NCBI GenBank assembly: GCA_029821735.1
Contig: JALGSU010000017.1
Location: 107,406-171,405, forward strand
Length of the DNA stretch: 64,000 nucleotides
Source: Candidatus Zipacnadia bacterium
GTDB lineage: Bacteria > Armatimonadota > Zipacnadia > Zipacnadales > UBA5352
Reading direction: 5' to 3'
In this document: in pieces, positions 24,653 through 35,019 of the stretch
Numbering within the stretch: the stretch's first letter is position 1
Layout of the letters: each line of letters begins with the position of its first letter
Position numbers and translations under genes: made by a program
Notes under the pieces: model-generated
What the model saw: only the letters and a program-made list of their open reading frames with translations
What the model was told of the DNA's origin: nothing
Database searches by the model: none

Positions 24653-27600
24653 CTACCGCAGCCAGACCATCCCGAATCTGCGTGCCTTCACCTCGATGCT
24701 GAGAGCGCCCCCCTCCACCGAGATCGGCTCCATGGAAATCGGATTCATTGCCGTAGCGCCCTCTGCAAGCCCCAGAGCGCCGAAATCGACTGTCAGCGGA
24801 ATCGCGCGGTCCTCATCAGTCATATTGGAGACGATCACCAGAGCCGCCCCAGGCTTGCTGTACAGGCCAATAAGGACGTTTTCCGCCTCTGTAGCCACAA
24901 AATCCTGATCTCGCCAATAAGGATGGAAAACCGCATCTGAAGTCATCCCAAACCGCGCTTTGGCCTCCCAGCTCTCCTGTACGGGCCTTCCCGCGCACCA
25001 GATCGGCCAAACCTCGATGTCGTGCTGGAGCGTGAGCGCGAGCATCTGCTCAGTCTCGTCTGGACGCCCGTACACGGCCGTATCGCGCCAGGCCGGTAAA
25101 AGCACGGAGACAGTCCCAGACTGGGCTGAGAGGAATTCTGCCCTCCAACCATCGAGCGGAACGATCTCGTGATAGGGCTTCTTATCGGTGTTGATCGGGT
25201 GGTAAAACTGCTCGCCCGAACAGGCCGAATCAGCGTAGAAATAGTGGGGCATCTTCCAGCGCGACGATGTGATGATCAGCGGCTCGATCCCATGCTGCAG
25301 GAAGAGCCCGCGGATACGCTGATAACAGCGCCTTGCGGCGAATATGGGCACTGTGGGCCGAATCTCGCCATCCCGTTCGTATCCGCATCCGTGCTCGGTA
25401 TTCGAGCACGGATGCACTCCCACGAGATCGATGTAGACCCCTTGCGGCTGATGATCACGCAGCAGCTTCTCCGCGTAGAAAACGGCGTAGTGGGCAAAAT
25501 CCGACCCGTAGCACGATTTCACCATCTGGTCAGCGGTCCTTCTCGGGACGGTCCCCCACAGCTCAGCGTATCGGGCCCCTTCCGGGGAGAGCGTGGGCAC
25601 TGAACCCGATTCCATGTAAGGTAGCAGATTCCCGCCCTTCCCCTCCAAATACCGCGCGTAGTCGCCCATACGCGAGTATTCCCACGATTCTGGCCAGCCG
25701 ATCGTGTCCGAAAACAGAGTGAACCAGTAGCAGGAGATGTTGAACCATTTCTGGTCAGGATCTCGATCCGGCGGCGCCTCGAAATCCCACGTCTGGCTGA
25801 TCCAGCGCCACCCCCGCCAATTCTCCGGGAGCGGTCGAGCGGGCGTCGCCTGAATCGCGAAATCAAGCGTCACAGGCTCTTTAAGCGCCCTCAGGGCCCC
25901 GAAGCTGATTTGCAGATCGGTCCGTTCTCCCGACCGAATGACCTCAATCGCCGGATCGTCCTCACCGAGGTCGAACGCGCGGTCGTCCTCCATCATCCAC
26001 GACAGCCCGAGCTCTTCATTCCCAAGCCAGAGGAAGGGCACGAAGCCCGCCGACCAGACCACTCCGTCCTCGGCCGGCAGCCCGTGTGCGAACGAGCCCT
26101 CGCCTTCGTAGACCGGCGCCTCGTCGCGGCTCATCGGCGTGTAGTTCAGCAGCGTCGTGAATTCGGACTGCAGCGGAATCGTGAGCGTCAGATCCGTCAA
26201 ATCGCGCGGGTCGTCGGGCGTGAGCGTGATCTGGTATCGGAGCAGGCCGTCGTACTCAATGCGGCCGGAGAGCTCCGTGAGGAGGCCATAGCGCTTGCTC
26301 CGCGACTTCACCTCTGCGGCAACATCGCCCCGGCGCGCGACGTCGGCGCTCGGGCCGATGAGCGAAACTTCCTCATCGCCGAGCCGCGCAGTCAGCGTCA
26401 TTGGCGCCGCCAGCAGCTCCTCGCTCTGGCTGGTGAGGGACACGGGCAGGCCCGCTGACAGATCGCAGTCCCGGCCCCAGCATGAGGCCACGGAGCCGCG
26501 CACCTGGACGGGCGTCCAAGGCGGGAGGACTCCCTCCACTACGCCGAGCGAGCGCAGCCATTCCCAGCCATCTTCCTCGCATTCCCACTCGCGCTCGACA
26601 GTCGCCAGCGCAGCGCCGTCCGCATCCACGACCGCGCCGGCGAGGTGGTAGATTCCGGCCTTGAGCGCGCTGACGTCCGCCGTAGCGGCGAAAGTCCCCT
26701 CCAGCGTCAGCGGCAGGTCAAGCGCCAGTTGAGCGCGCCCGTCGCGGGCGAGAGTCACAGTCGCGTGGTCGCCGCGCACCACCAGATCGTCGCGGGCGGG
26801 GCGCAGGGCGATCTGCAGTTCCTCGTCGAACCGATAGTAGGTCAGTTCGGCGCTCAGTGGCTTGAGGAAGCTCGCGGGCAGCACCGCGTGCAGAGCCGTG
26901 CGATCGCCCTCTGCCTCGTGGGCGGTGAGCGTGAGTTCCAGCGCCACCGCGTCGGGATTGCCCAGAGGCACTTCCACCCATATCTCGCGCTGATGGGCCC
27001 CTACGGTCCGCTCCGTGGGCTGAGAGATGTGAAAGTCGGTACCGGTGACGGTCTTGAGATCCGCGGCGAAGTGCGTCGTCGGCCACGACGAGTAGCCGCG
27101 CAGGCGGACACCGACGCGCAGACGGTCGGGGCCCCACTCAAGAGGAAGCATCAGCGCGCCAGGCAGGGCATGAGCTGTCGCGATTGTGCCCAGGCTCCCT
27201 GGGTCCGTCGGGTCGAGCGCATGCGCCCACATCACCGACGAGTCCGCGGCCGGGTGAATGACGATGTTCATACGAGCGGTGCCGCTGATGCGTCCTGCTG
27301 CACTAACCTCGCCGCCTGGCAGCAGTATCCCTGGCCCGTCTGGAGTCTTGCCCGGGACCACCATCGGGAGCACGAGTTCGCCCCGCCACTGGCCGCCATC
27401 GAGGCTCGCGTGGGCGGTCAGACCATCGGCGTCCGATCTCGGTCCGGTTAACGCTCCGTCGGTGGCTATCCTGATCTGCGCCACTGTTCCGTCAGGCCCT
27501 GGCGTATACAGGTCAAGAGAGGGCTGAGCGTCCGCGCCGCCCGCTCGAACAGTCCAGCGCAGGTACAGGTTCCTGCCCTCGCTCACCATGAGCACTTCGG

Positions 27601-28432
27601 GCTGGGTGACCGCGAGCGCGCCGGTGGTCGGGTCGATGAAGCCGCGCACGCCGGCGGCCCATTGCCACGAAGGGTCGTCGGGCGATCCGAGCTCCGCCGG
27701 TGGGATATCGATCTGCGGGACGGCAAGGTGGGGCGGCGCGTACACGCCTGCATCGGCCAGACCGAGGCGCAGCCAGGCTGCTCGCACCTCGGCGTCGGTC
27801 AACGGGCGATCGTAGATGTAGACTTCGTCGATGTCAGTCTGGGCTTGGCCTCCGAGGCCGCCGGTGCTGGTGCCGATGTGGAAGGTCGGGTCGATGACGG
27901 TGGGCAGCACGCCGGTAGTACGCTTGGCGAGAACCCCGTCACGGTAGATCGCCATATCGCCGCCTTCCCAGACGGCGCAGATGTGATACCAGCGCTCGAC
28001 ATCCCAGTCGGTGATGTCCATCCAGGCCGCGGTCCCACTCTCGGCGCCCTCGCCGATCATGTAGAAGAGCATGTTGGCGCCCTGGTACTTGTAGACGTGG
28101 AAGCCGTGGGTGCCGAAGAGAGTGGAGAAGTTCTGGTCGCCGGGAGCCCAGTCCACAGACCTCGCCCACATCTCGATGCTGCCGCGCTGCAGGTCGAAGT
28201 TCCCGGGAATGGCGTAGTCAACCTGGCCCATCTCACCGCCAGCGCGCAGGGCGGTGCCCTTCTTTCCGGGCACAAGCGCGGCCTCACCGGCAGGCCGGGC
28301 GAGAGGATCGCCAGCAGCGATCTCAGCGTTCAGGCTCGCGTCATAGGACGCGTGGAAGGTGGGGCGGGGGAAGCACCAGGCCGGGAGCGCAATGACGCTC
28401 AGCACCAGAGCCAGCATCGCGGTGCGCCTCAC
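24653..28432 (-). CDS. Large (1259 aa) secreted protein with an N-terminal LamG / concanavalin-A-like lectin domain; the rest is uncharacterised and may be glycan-active
   Basis: Signal peptide MRRTAMLALVLSVIALPAWC. LamG-like block (RGSIEMWARSVDW, WYHICAVWEGGDMAIYRDG, DIDEVYIYDRPLTDAEV). Confidence 0.5.
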   Translation of the reverse strand: MRRTAMLALVLSVIALPAWCFPRPTFHASYDASLNAEIAAGDPLARPAGEAALVPGKKGTALRAGGEMGQVDYAIPGNFDLQRGSIEMWARSVDWAPGDQNFSTLFGTHGFHVYKYQGANMLFYMIGEGAESGTAAWMDITDWDVERWYHICAVWEGGDMAIYRDGVLAKRTTGVLPTVIDPTFHIGTSTGGLGGQAQTDIDEVYIYDRPLTDAEVRAAWLRLGLADAGVYAPPHLAVPQIDIPPAELGSPDDPSWQWAAGVRGFIDPTTGALAVTQPEVLMVSEGRNLYLRWTVRAGGADAQPSLDLYTPGPDGTVAQIRIATDGALTGPRSDADGLTAHASLDGGQWRGELVLPMVVPGKTPDGPGILLPGGEVSAAGRISGTARMNIVIHPAADSSVMWAHALDPTDPGSLGTIATAHALPGALMLPLEWGPDRLRVGVRLRGYSSWPTTHFAADLKTVTGTDFHISQPTERTVGAHQREIWVEVPLGNPDAVALELTLTAHEAEGDRTALHAVLPASFLKPLSAELTYYRFDEELQIALRPARDDLVVRGDHATVTLARDGRAQLALDLPLTLEGTFAATADVSALKAGIYHLAGAVVDADGAALATVEREWECEEDGWEWLRSLGVVEGVLPPWTPVQVRGSVASCWGRDCDLSAGLPVSLTSQSEELLAAPMTLTARLGDEEVSLIGPSADVARRGDVAAEVKSRSKRYGLLTELSGRIEYDGLLRYQITLTPDDPRDLTDLTLTIPLQSEFTTLLNYTPMSRDEAPVYEGEGSFAHGLPAEDGVVWSAGFVPFLWLGNEELGLSWMMEDDRAFDLGEDDPAIEVIRSGERTDLQISFGALRALKEPVTLDFAIQATPARPLPENWRGWRWISQTWDFEAPPDRDPDQKWFNISCYWFTLFSDTIGWPESWEYSRMGDYARYLEGKGGNLLPYMESGSVPTLSPEGARYAELWGTVPRRTADQMVKSCYGSDFAHYAVFYAEKLLRDHQPQGVYIDLVGVHPCSNTEHGCGYERDGEIRPTVPIFAARRCYQRIRGLFLQHGIEPLIITSSRWKMPHYFYADSACSGEQFYHPINTDKKPYHEIVPLDGWRAEFLSAQSGTVSVLLPAWRDTAVYGRPDETEQMLALTLQHDIEVWPIWCAGRPVQESWEAKARFGMTSDAVFHPYWRDQDFVATEAENVLIGLYSKPGAALVIVSNMTDEDRAIPLTVDFGALGLAEGATAMNPISMEPISVEGGALSIEVKARRFGMVWLR

Positions 28433-28478
28433 GATGGGTCACCTCGCTTGGGGGGTGTGACCGTTTGTGGCCGGTCGA

Positions 28479-29816
28479 CTATTCGAAGAAGCGCTTCGAC
28501 ATCTCCTCGATCTGACCCGCGAACGGCTCGGGAATCGCGCGGGCGTAGGGAGGGTCGGTGAATGCCGCCGCGTGTGCCAGGCGTGCGGTGGCGGTTGCGC
28601 AGCGGGCGATCTCATCGGCCGAAACCACAGGCAGATCGTCCAGCTCCGCGTGGTGGAAGAAGCGCATCCCCGGCATGTTCGTGCGGTAGAGCCACAGCGA
28701 TGGCGCGCCGTGGATGTTGTAGGGGAACATGTCCGAGTAAGGCGAGACCTCCTCGATCACGCTGCACGAGTAGCCGCACCCCTCGGGGACATCTGCCGGC
28801 ACCGCGCCCAGCTCGGGCAAGCCTACGAGTTCGCGTACGTGGCTCGTCAGCTCGGGAGGCCCGACGACGCGACACTCGTTCCGCCCGGCGATGGATCCGA
28901 CGGAGTCGAGTTGGATGCACAGGCGCGTGCGGTCCACTTCATCGCGGTGGGCCGCAACGTATCGGCGCGCGCCCTCGGAGAGCTGTTCCTCGGCGCCGTA
29001 CCCAATGAAGCGGACCGTGCGCAGAGGCGTGGCGTCGATCTGGCCCAGCAGGCGCGCGACCTCGAGCGTCACCGCGACTCCGGATGCGTCATCGTCAGCA
29101 CCGGTTCCCACAACGACCGAATCGAGGTGGCCGCCAACGTGGACGAACTCGTCGCCTGAGCCGGGAAGGTCGCCGAAGACATTGACTGAGGGCTTGGGCT
29201 TGGACCACAGATCCGAGCGCAGCCGCACCCGGACGCTTGCGCCGGCGGAGACAAGCGCGTGGAGTTCCCAAGCGTCGGTGTAGGCTACGCAGACCTGGGG
29301 CAGTTGGCAGATATTGCGCCAGTCATAGGGCGTGCCGATGGACACGGGCCAGTCAAAGGGCAGGCGATCGTCCACCCACAGGATGCCCGCCGCGCCGCAC
29401 TCGTTGAGTGCTGCGAGCTTGCTCGAGTCGCCGCCGTGCGGCCCCCAGATCAGCAGGATCTTGTCGCGGACGTCCTGGCGCGCGAGGTCAGCAGGCAGCG
29501 CGTTGTCTACGCAGACGAGTCTTCCCGCAACGCCATCGGCGGGCGTAGGCTGCGAGCTGGCGACCGGGATCGTCTCGATCTCGGACCAGCCCGAACTCGT
29601 CTTCCACGCCACCTCGCACGTATCGTAGCCCCACTCGTGGAAGGGAAAATCCTCCAAAGCCACGCCCGATAGTCCCAGCGACTGCAGGTAGTCGCCCACG
29701 TACTCAGCCCCGAGACGCTCGTTGTCGGACGCCGCCAGGCGGTTACCGATATCGGCGCAGAGGGCGTCGAGGTGAGCCTGTATGTGCTTGGCAGATGCAG
29801 TCAGGTCGGGCTTCAT
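28479..29816 (-). CDS. M28-family zinc aminopeptidase
   Basis: HVGGHLDSVVVGTGADDDASGVAV and GYGAEEQ metal-binding motifs. Confidence 0.7.
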   Translation of the reverse strand: MKPDLTASAKHIQAHLDALCADIGNRLAASDNERLGAEYVGDYLQSLGLSGVALEDFPFHEWGYDTCEVAWKTSSGWSEIETIPVASSQPTPADGVAGRLVCVDNALPADLARQDVRDKILLIWGPHGGDSSKLAALNECGAAGILWVDDRLPFDWPVSIGTPYDWRNICQLPQVCVAYTDAWELHALVSAGASVRVRLRSDLWSKPKPSVNVFGDLPGSGDEFVHVGGHLDSVVVGTGADDDASGVAVTLEVARLLGQIDATPLRTVRFIGYGAEEQLSEGARRYVAAHRDEVDRTRLCIQLDSVGSIAGRNECRVVGPPELTSHVRELVGLPELGAVPADVPEGCGYSCSVIEEVSPYSDMFPYNIHGAPSLWLYRTNMPGMRFFHHAELDDLPVVSADEIARCATATARLAHAAAFTDPPYARAIPEPFAGQIEEMSKRFFE

Positions 29817-29838
29817 GGTGGGCCTCCCACGGGTCGGT

Positions 29839-30873
29839 TCAGAACTCGTCTGCGGTGAAGTAGTAACCGCGGATCTGAGCCATCGGCGCGTCGTCTTTGA
29901 TGTAGTTGACCGCGAAGAAGCGGCCGTCGGGCAGGTGCACCCAGCCTGAGTAGGACGAGTCTGACTGAGCGTTGCGATCGTGGTCGAGTGGCGCGATGAT
30001 TCCCGTCTGATTAGCTCGCATTGGCGCGAGCGCGGAGTCGACGGTCTCCTTGTAGGCGAAGAAGTTCTTGGCGAAGGGGCCGCCGGGCATGAAGCGGTAG
30101 AGGACCATCACTTCGCCGTCGTCGGTCATGCCCACGGCCGGTCGGTGCAGCCCGTCCATCATGGTGTCGAAGGGCCCGAGCCAGTCCTCGCCCTCATCCC
30201 AGGAGATGCACTTCGGGCCAGGGATTCCGGTGCGGGAGTTGTCGCGCATGTAGCAGACCAGTTCGCCGCCGGGAAGCTGCACGATACCGCCCTCGCACGA
30301 CTGGTAGTGATGCGTGGCGCAGACGGTGATCGGCCCGCGCCAGGTCGCCGCGCCGTCGTCGGAGATGTGCACCATCTGCCGGTACACGCCGAGGTCGTCG
30401 TCGCGCACATGGCTGGCCAGAAGCACTCGCCCGGAGGCGAGCTGGATGGCCTTGTCGGGCACGATGCCGCAGACGGGGGTCTCGACCGGGCCGGTGAAGG
30501 TCGCGCCGTCGTCCTCGCTGGTCCACAGGAAGATCTTCGAATCGTATTGCGAGCCGCCCTCGCCCGGCGGGACCGGGTAGCCGTCGCAGAGGATGATGAC
30601 ACGCCCGTCGGCCAGTTGCGACACGCGCGGGCAGTTCCACTTGAAGAGGACGCCGCCCTCGGCTTCGCTCTTGACCAGGTATAGCTTGTCCGACCACGTC
30701 TGTCCCTGGTCGTCGCTGGTGCGACATAGCAGGTGGGAGTACTCCTGGCACGAGTGGCCGTCGGACTCGCGATAGGTGATGACGAGCCGACCGGTGTCGG
30801 TCATACACACGTCAGGGAAGCACTCGTAAATTGAGTCATCGCGGCTGATGGTGAACTTCTCGATCATGGTCAT
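29839..30873 (-). CDS. BNR-repeat sialidase/neuraminidase-like (GH33-like) protein
   Basis: Asp-box motifs SDDQGQTW, SEDDGATF and SDDGAATW. Start set at MTMIEKF (30873); the upstream extension is Pro/Arg-rich GC artefact. Confidence 0.7.
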   Translation of the reverse strand: MTMIEKFTISRDDSIYECFPDVCMTDTGRLVITYRESDGHSCQEYSHLLCRTSDDQGQTWSDKLYLVKSEAEGGVLFKWNCPRVSQLADGRVIILCDGYPVPPGEGGSQYDSKIFLWTSEDDGATFTGPVETPVCGIVPDKAIQLASGRVLLASHVRDDDLGVYRQMVHISDDGAATWRGPITVCATHHYQSCEGGIVQLPGGELVCYMRDNSRTGIPGPKCISWDEGEDWLGPFDTMMDGLHRPAVGMTDDGEVMVLYRFMPGGPFAKNFFAYKETVDSALAPMRANQTGIIAPLDHDRNAQSDSSYSGWVHLPDGRFFAVNYIKDDAPMAQIRGYYFTADEF

Positions 30874-30960
30874 CGCCCCCGTTGGGGATTGTGGCCGCTT
30901 GCGGTGGGTAGTTCCCCCGACGGGAGGCGGAGGCCTGCCCCGATCGTGGTCGTACAGAGA

Positions 30961-30989
30961 GGCCGGGGGCGCAAGACGCGCCCCCGGCC
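30961..30989. terminator. GC-rich hairpin GGCCGGGGGCGC-aaga-GCGCCCCCGGCC downstream of the flotillin gene
   Basis: A perfect 12-bp stem. There is no T-tract, so this may be a structural or REP-like hairpin rather than a classic terminator. Confidence 0.35.
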
Positions 30990-31015
30990 TGTGTGCCATT
31001 CAACTCGACCGCGCG

Positions 31016-32986
31016 TCAGCTGATCTCGTCCTCGTCGTCGGGTTTGGAGACGACCTCGACGCTGACGTCCACGTCGGACTCAGACGAAGTGTCCTCGTCG
31101 GGCTCTTCGGCCTCCGCCGCTGCGGCTTCCAGCAACGGCTTGAGCTTCGGGAACGCCGCCGACAAGGTGGCAGCAGCGGTCCGGATCGTGTCTTCGGGCA
31201 TTGTCTGCTGCATCCCCTCAACGAAGGCACCGATGCCGGCCGCCTTCGTGAAGGCGTCCATCGCAGTGCCGAGCATCTCCGGGTTGCCGTAGAGGTTGAT
31301 GTCTGCGGCGCTGAGCGCCTGACCAAAGGCACTCGCGAATGCCACACCGACGTCCTTGCGGGCGCCAATGTCGGCGAGGACCTTCTCGAGCTCAACGGAG
31401 ATGCGATCGTATTCGGCCTTGGCCGCAAGCTCGTTGCGCAGGACTGTGACGCGCGCGGCGTCGACGTCGGCAACGCGAGCGGCGTCAACGGAGACTTCCT
31501 CGCGCTTGACGTTGACCGGGACCATCTGCTGGGCCTGGTCACCGGTGGCTGAGAGCAGGTCGGCGTCACGCTCGGCCTCGGCCTTGGCGCGGATCGCCTC
31601 GGCGAGGAGCTGCGCGGCTGACTGCTCACCCTCGGCCAGCTTGGCATTGGTGTAGGCTTCGATGTCGGCCTCCATCTGCTGGCCAATCTTCTCCTGCTCC
31701 GCGCTCTGCTCGGCCGCGATGACCTGAACGCGCTTGCTGCGATCGGCCTCAGCGACTTCCTCGACCGTGATGACTTCCTGAGCAGCTCTCTCGCGCTCGG
31801 CTTCCGTCGTCAACTGCTGCTGCTCGGCGCTCGCGCGGCGCTGCTCTGCTTCGGCGACCGCGATCTGCTGCTCGCGGCGGGTGACTTCGACCACCCGCTC
31901 GCGCTCAACATCGGCGGCCTCGATGGCTTGGTTGCGCAGGATGTCAGCCGTCTGCTGCTCCTGCTCGCGGGCGATGATGTCCTTCTGAGCGTCAACCTGC
32001 GCAACCTGCACCAGCAGGTCGCGCTCGACTCCGGCTTCCTTGACCGTGCGGTCCTTGTCGATATCGACCGTTTCGACGATGCGGCGCTGGTCGATCTCAT
32101 AGGCCTCGGCTTCCTGCCGGCGTACCGACCGGATCTTGGAGACCTCGGAGGCCTGAGTCGCCTCCGCCTCGGCCTGCTCTCTCTCGAGATCAAGGACCAT
32201 CTTGCGGGTATCGACGTCCTTCTGAACGATGCTGCGCTCCGCGTCACGCTCGTAGAGGTTGCGCTCTACGCGGGCCTGCTGAGTGATCTCAGCGATCTTG
32301 CGCAGGCCCTGGGCGTCGAAGACGTTGCCGTCGTTCAGCCGCTCAGTGTTCGTCTGGTCGAGGCGCGAGATGGTGACCGACTCGAGCGTCAGACCGTTGG
32401 ACTTGAGGTCCTCGCGGACCAGCTCTGACACCGCGCCGGCGAAGTCGTCGCGCTCAGCGTGGAGCTGCGCCAGGTCACGGGTAGCGGCGACCGATCGCAG
32501 CGAGGAGACCAGCTTCTCGAAGATCAGGTCATTCACCGCGGGCCCGTTGATTGAGCGATCACCGAGTGATCGCGATGCGTTGAGGATGTCGTCGTTGACC
32601 GCCTGCACCTTGATGTAGAACTCGGCTGCCATGTCGCAGCGCAGGTTGTCGCGGGTAATCAACGCATCCTCGCCGGTGCGCTCGACCTCCAGTTTCATGG
32701 TCTCCAGAGAGACCTGGACAACCTTGTGCACTACCGGGACCACGATGGAACCGCCATCGAGGATGACCCGGCGACCGCCCCAACCTGTGCGGACGAATGC
32801 TTCATTGGCGGCCGTGCGCTGGTACAGCCTGGCGATGACGATCATCGTGCCAGAAACGATTAGAACCACCGCGCCAATACCGGTGAGAATCAGACGACTG
32901 GTCCATCCGATCGACCCCATCGCATCCGTCCACGGACCGACCATCAACACCAATCCTACCAACACCATGCCAATGGCAACTATCAT
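31016..32986 (-). CDS. Flotillin / band-7 (SPFH) family protein (YqiK-like)
   Basis: N-terminal TM helix, an SPFH domain, then a very long Ala/Glu/Gln-rich coiled coil. GGAGGAGAG RBS. Confidence 0.85.
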   Translation of the reverse strand: MIVAIGMVLVGLVLMVGPWTDAMGSIGWTSRLILTGIGAVVLIVSGTMIVIARLYQRTAANEAFVRTGWGGRRVILDGGSIVVPVVHKVVQVSLETMKLEVERTGEDALITRDNLRCDMAAEFYIKVQAVNDDILNASRSLGDRSINGPAVNDLIFEKLVSSLRSVAATRDLAQLHAERDDFAGAVSELVREDLKSNGLTLESVTISRLDQTNTERLNDGNVFDAQGLRKIAEITQQARVERNLYERDAERSIVQKDVDTRKMVLDLEREQAEAEATQASEVSKIRSVRRQEAEAYEIDQRRIVETVDIDKDRTVKEAGVERDLLVQVAQVDAQKDIIAREQEQQTADILRNQAIEAADVERERVVEVTRREQQIAVAEAEQRRASAEQQQLTTEAERERAAQEVITVEEVAEADRSKRVQVIAAEQSAEQEKIGQQMEADIEAYTNAKLAEGEQSAAQLLAEAIRAKAEAERDADLLSATGDQAQQMVPVNVKREEVSVDAARVADVDAARVTVLRNELAAKAEYDRISVELEKVLADIGARKDVGVAFASAFGQALSAADINLYGNPEMLGTAMDAFTKAAGIGAFVEGMQQTMPEDTIRTAAATLSAAFPKLKPLLEAAAAEAEEPDEDTSSESDVDVSVEVVSKPDDEDEIS

Positions 32987-33157
32987 TTTCGTCTCTCCTC
33001 CATAGGGAACGACGGTAGTGGATCAGGACCTGCCGTGTTGGCTCAGGTCACTTTGGGCGGCGGCAGATTGGCCTCGCTCAAGTAGCCAGCCATCTCAGAC
33101 GCCAACGTGCTGATCGCGGCAACAACGCGGCAAGAGCCAGCAGATGGCGCACGCAGT

Positions 33158-34081
33158 CTACAGCGGCGATGCCGAGACATCGTAGTGGCCCTCCTCCGCG
33201 CGGTAACGCACAACGATGACTTCAGTGCCCTTGGGTAGATCGGTATCGTGTGACACGGCGGCTATCTGCTGCACCGTGCCGCCGGCGTCGTGACAGTGGA
33301 CGACGCCAGGGCGCCCGGCAGTGAGCGGGTATACGGCGGTGCCGACGCAGCCCACCAGATCGCCGGGGCGGATCGCGTACGTCTCGGTGGTCGGCATGAT
33401 CCGGCCCATGCCCCGGGCGATGGTGCCGGTGAGTGTGAGCGAGACCAGCACCGCCAACGCCAGCGACGGCCAGACGTAGAGCGCCGGACCCCACGACCAG
33501 GGAAGCACGTGCTCGAACAGACCATTGGCCACCAGGCCGGTGGCGCCAAAGAGCACCGCCAGACACAGGAAGAGGATGGACATGGGGACCTTGCCGAAGC
33601 CGATCACTGACAAGGCGCGCAACATCAGCGAGTCGTTGTGGCCGCCCCCTACGTGATGGTCGTGCCCGCCACCGTGGCGGAACTCATGGTCAGCGTCGAG
33701 ACCATGCTCCATCCCGTGGTCGATGTCCACGTCGTGGTCAATATCGACGTCGTGGTCCATCGATACATCGTGCTCGAGGTCGACGTCGTGGTCTATCGAG
33801 ACATCGTGGTCGAGATCAACGTCGTGGTCCATCGAGACATCATGGTCGAGATCGACGTCATGGTCCATCGACAGGTCGTGGTCGAGGTCATGGTCCATCG
33901 ATACATCATGGTCGAGGTCGACGTCATGGTCCATCGTCACGTCGTGGTCGACGTGGACGTCGGCGTCAGCATCTGTGTCGGCGCCACTCAGTCCCGTGGC
34001 GCTCAGTATCAGGTAGATCGCGGCAAGCGCGATCGGGGCGACGAAGATCAGGTTATGCCATTCCAGAAGCTGCATGGCCAT
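33158..34081 (-). CDS. NfeD/YqiJ-family membrane protein with an extended (DHDV)n His/Asp repeat region
   Basis: More than 14 near-perfect DHDVxxDHDV repeats, TM helices, and a C-terminal OB-fold-like NfeD segment (GDLVGCVGTAVYPLTAGRPGVVHC...GTEVIVVRY). It is immediately upstream of the flotillin gene, the canonical nfeD-flotillin pair. GGAGG RBS supports a start at 34081 or 34075. Confidence 0.7.
   Translation of the reverse strand: MAMQLLEWHNLIFVAPIALAAIYLILSATGLSGADTDADADVHVDHDVTMDHDVDLDHDVSMDHDLDHDLSMDHDVDLDHDVSMDHDVDLDHDVSIDHDVDLEHDVSMDHDVDIDHDVDIDHGMEHGLDADHEFRHGGGHDHHVGGGHNDSLMLRALSVIGFGKVPMSILFLCLAVLFGATGLVANGLFEHVLPWSWGPALYVWPSLALAVLVSLTLTGTIARGMGRIMPTTETYAIRPGDLVGCVGTAVYPLTAGRPGVVHCHDAGGTVQQIAAVSHDTDLPKGTEVIVVRYRAEEGHYDVSASPL
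33690..33960. repeat. Tandem 12/24-bp nucleotide repeats encoding the DHDV repeats inside nfeD
   Basis: gtcgtggtccatcga / gtcatggtcgaggtcgac units repeated head-to-tail. Confidence 0.6.
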
Positions 34082-34184
34082 AAGCCTCCATTTCACCCGC
34101 ACTTGCCCGTGCGGTCTTACTCACGTGGCTGCCTGAGACAAGTTGCTCACGCACCCGCTCAAGTAAGTTGTGCCCACGGGTCCG

Positions 34185-34766
34185 TCAGGGCTTGGGCCAG
34201 AGCTGCTCCACCGTATCTTGCTCAACAAGAATTCGCGCTTGCTCCCGAATCTCCTCTTGGCCAGTGGCGATTCCGCTGGCCGTCACGGGCGTCTCCCCCG
34301 CATCGAAGGCCGCCAGGACATCGAGCCTGGCCGCCTCCGCCCGTGCTTCATCTTCCATCTGCACGAGGGCCTCGGAGTCGGGCGCATCCGACGTGTCGGC
34401 CACGAAGCGTCGCAAGCGCTCGCGCTCGGCGTTGAGCTGGTCCAGGCGCCGGGTCTCGCCCAGCCGCTGCATGTCCTCGGCGGCCTGCGCCTGCCGACGG
34501 TGGAAGCGCTCGATGGCTTCGCTGGCTCGGGCGCGTTCCTCAGTCAGCCGCGAGACGAGAGACCTCAGTGAAGCGGTGTCGGGTTCTTCATCGGCGAGCG
34601 CATCGCGAAGCTGCAACTCGGTGTGCCCCGCCTCAGCGACCGCCAGTGATGCGATGGCTCGCAGAGCGCTCAGTTCGCGCTCGAAGTCCTCGCGGATCTG
34701 GGCGTCGTCATCGGGACCGCCGAAGTAATCGGCCACGACGCGTCGCAGCCAACTGAGCATTCTCAT
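34185..34766 (-). CDS. Coiled-coil hypothetical protein (amphipathic N-terminus MLSWLRRVVADYF; possibly PspA/IM30-like)
   Basis: Glu/Arg/Ala-rich helical composition. The start is uncertain, and the family assignment is weak. Confidence 0.3.
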   Translation of the reverse strand: MRMLSWLRRVVADYFGGPDDDAQIREDFERELSALRAIASLAVAEAGHTELQLRDALADEEPDTASLRSLVSRLTEERARASEAIERFHRRQAQAAEDMQRLGETRRLDQLNAERERLRRFVADTSDAPDSEALVQMEDEARAEAARLDVLAAFDAGETPVTASGIATGQEEIREQARILVEQDTVEQLWPKP

Positions 34767-35019
34767 CGCTGATCCGCGCGCTTGCGCGCCCCTCCCTGCG
34801 GCAGATGCGACCGGCACGACCAGTAGGGGAGATATGGTCGATCAAGAGGATGAAAGAGCATTCTTCTACTTCCCCCATATATAGATATACCCGGCCTGCA
34901 TGGGGCAAAACGGAAATCGGTCGGATACCGGCGCCGGGCGCGCACACCGGTCCAGATACGCAAAAAGCCCCGACGGATGCCGGGGCTCGGGTGGCGACAG
35001 GCAAGCAGTTGCTGGCGCT

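Noticed and set aside
30874-30999. Upstream extension of the sialidase ORF (MAHRPGARLAPPAS...)
   Set aside because: It is Pro/Arg-rich with no homology. The ATG at 30873 (MTMIEKF) begins the conserved region.
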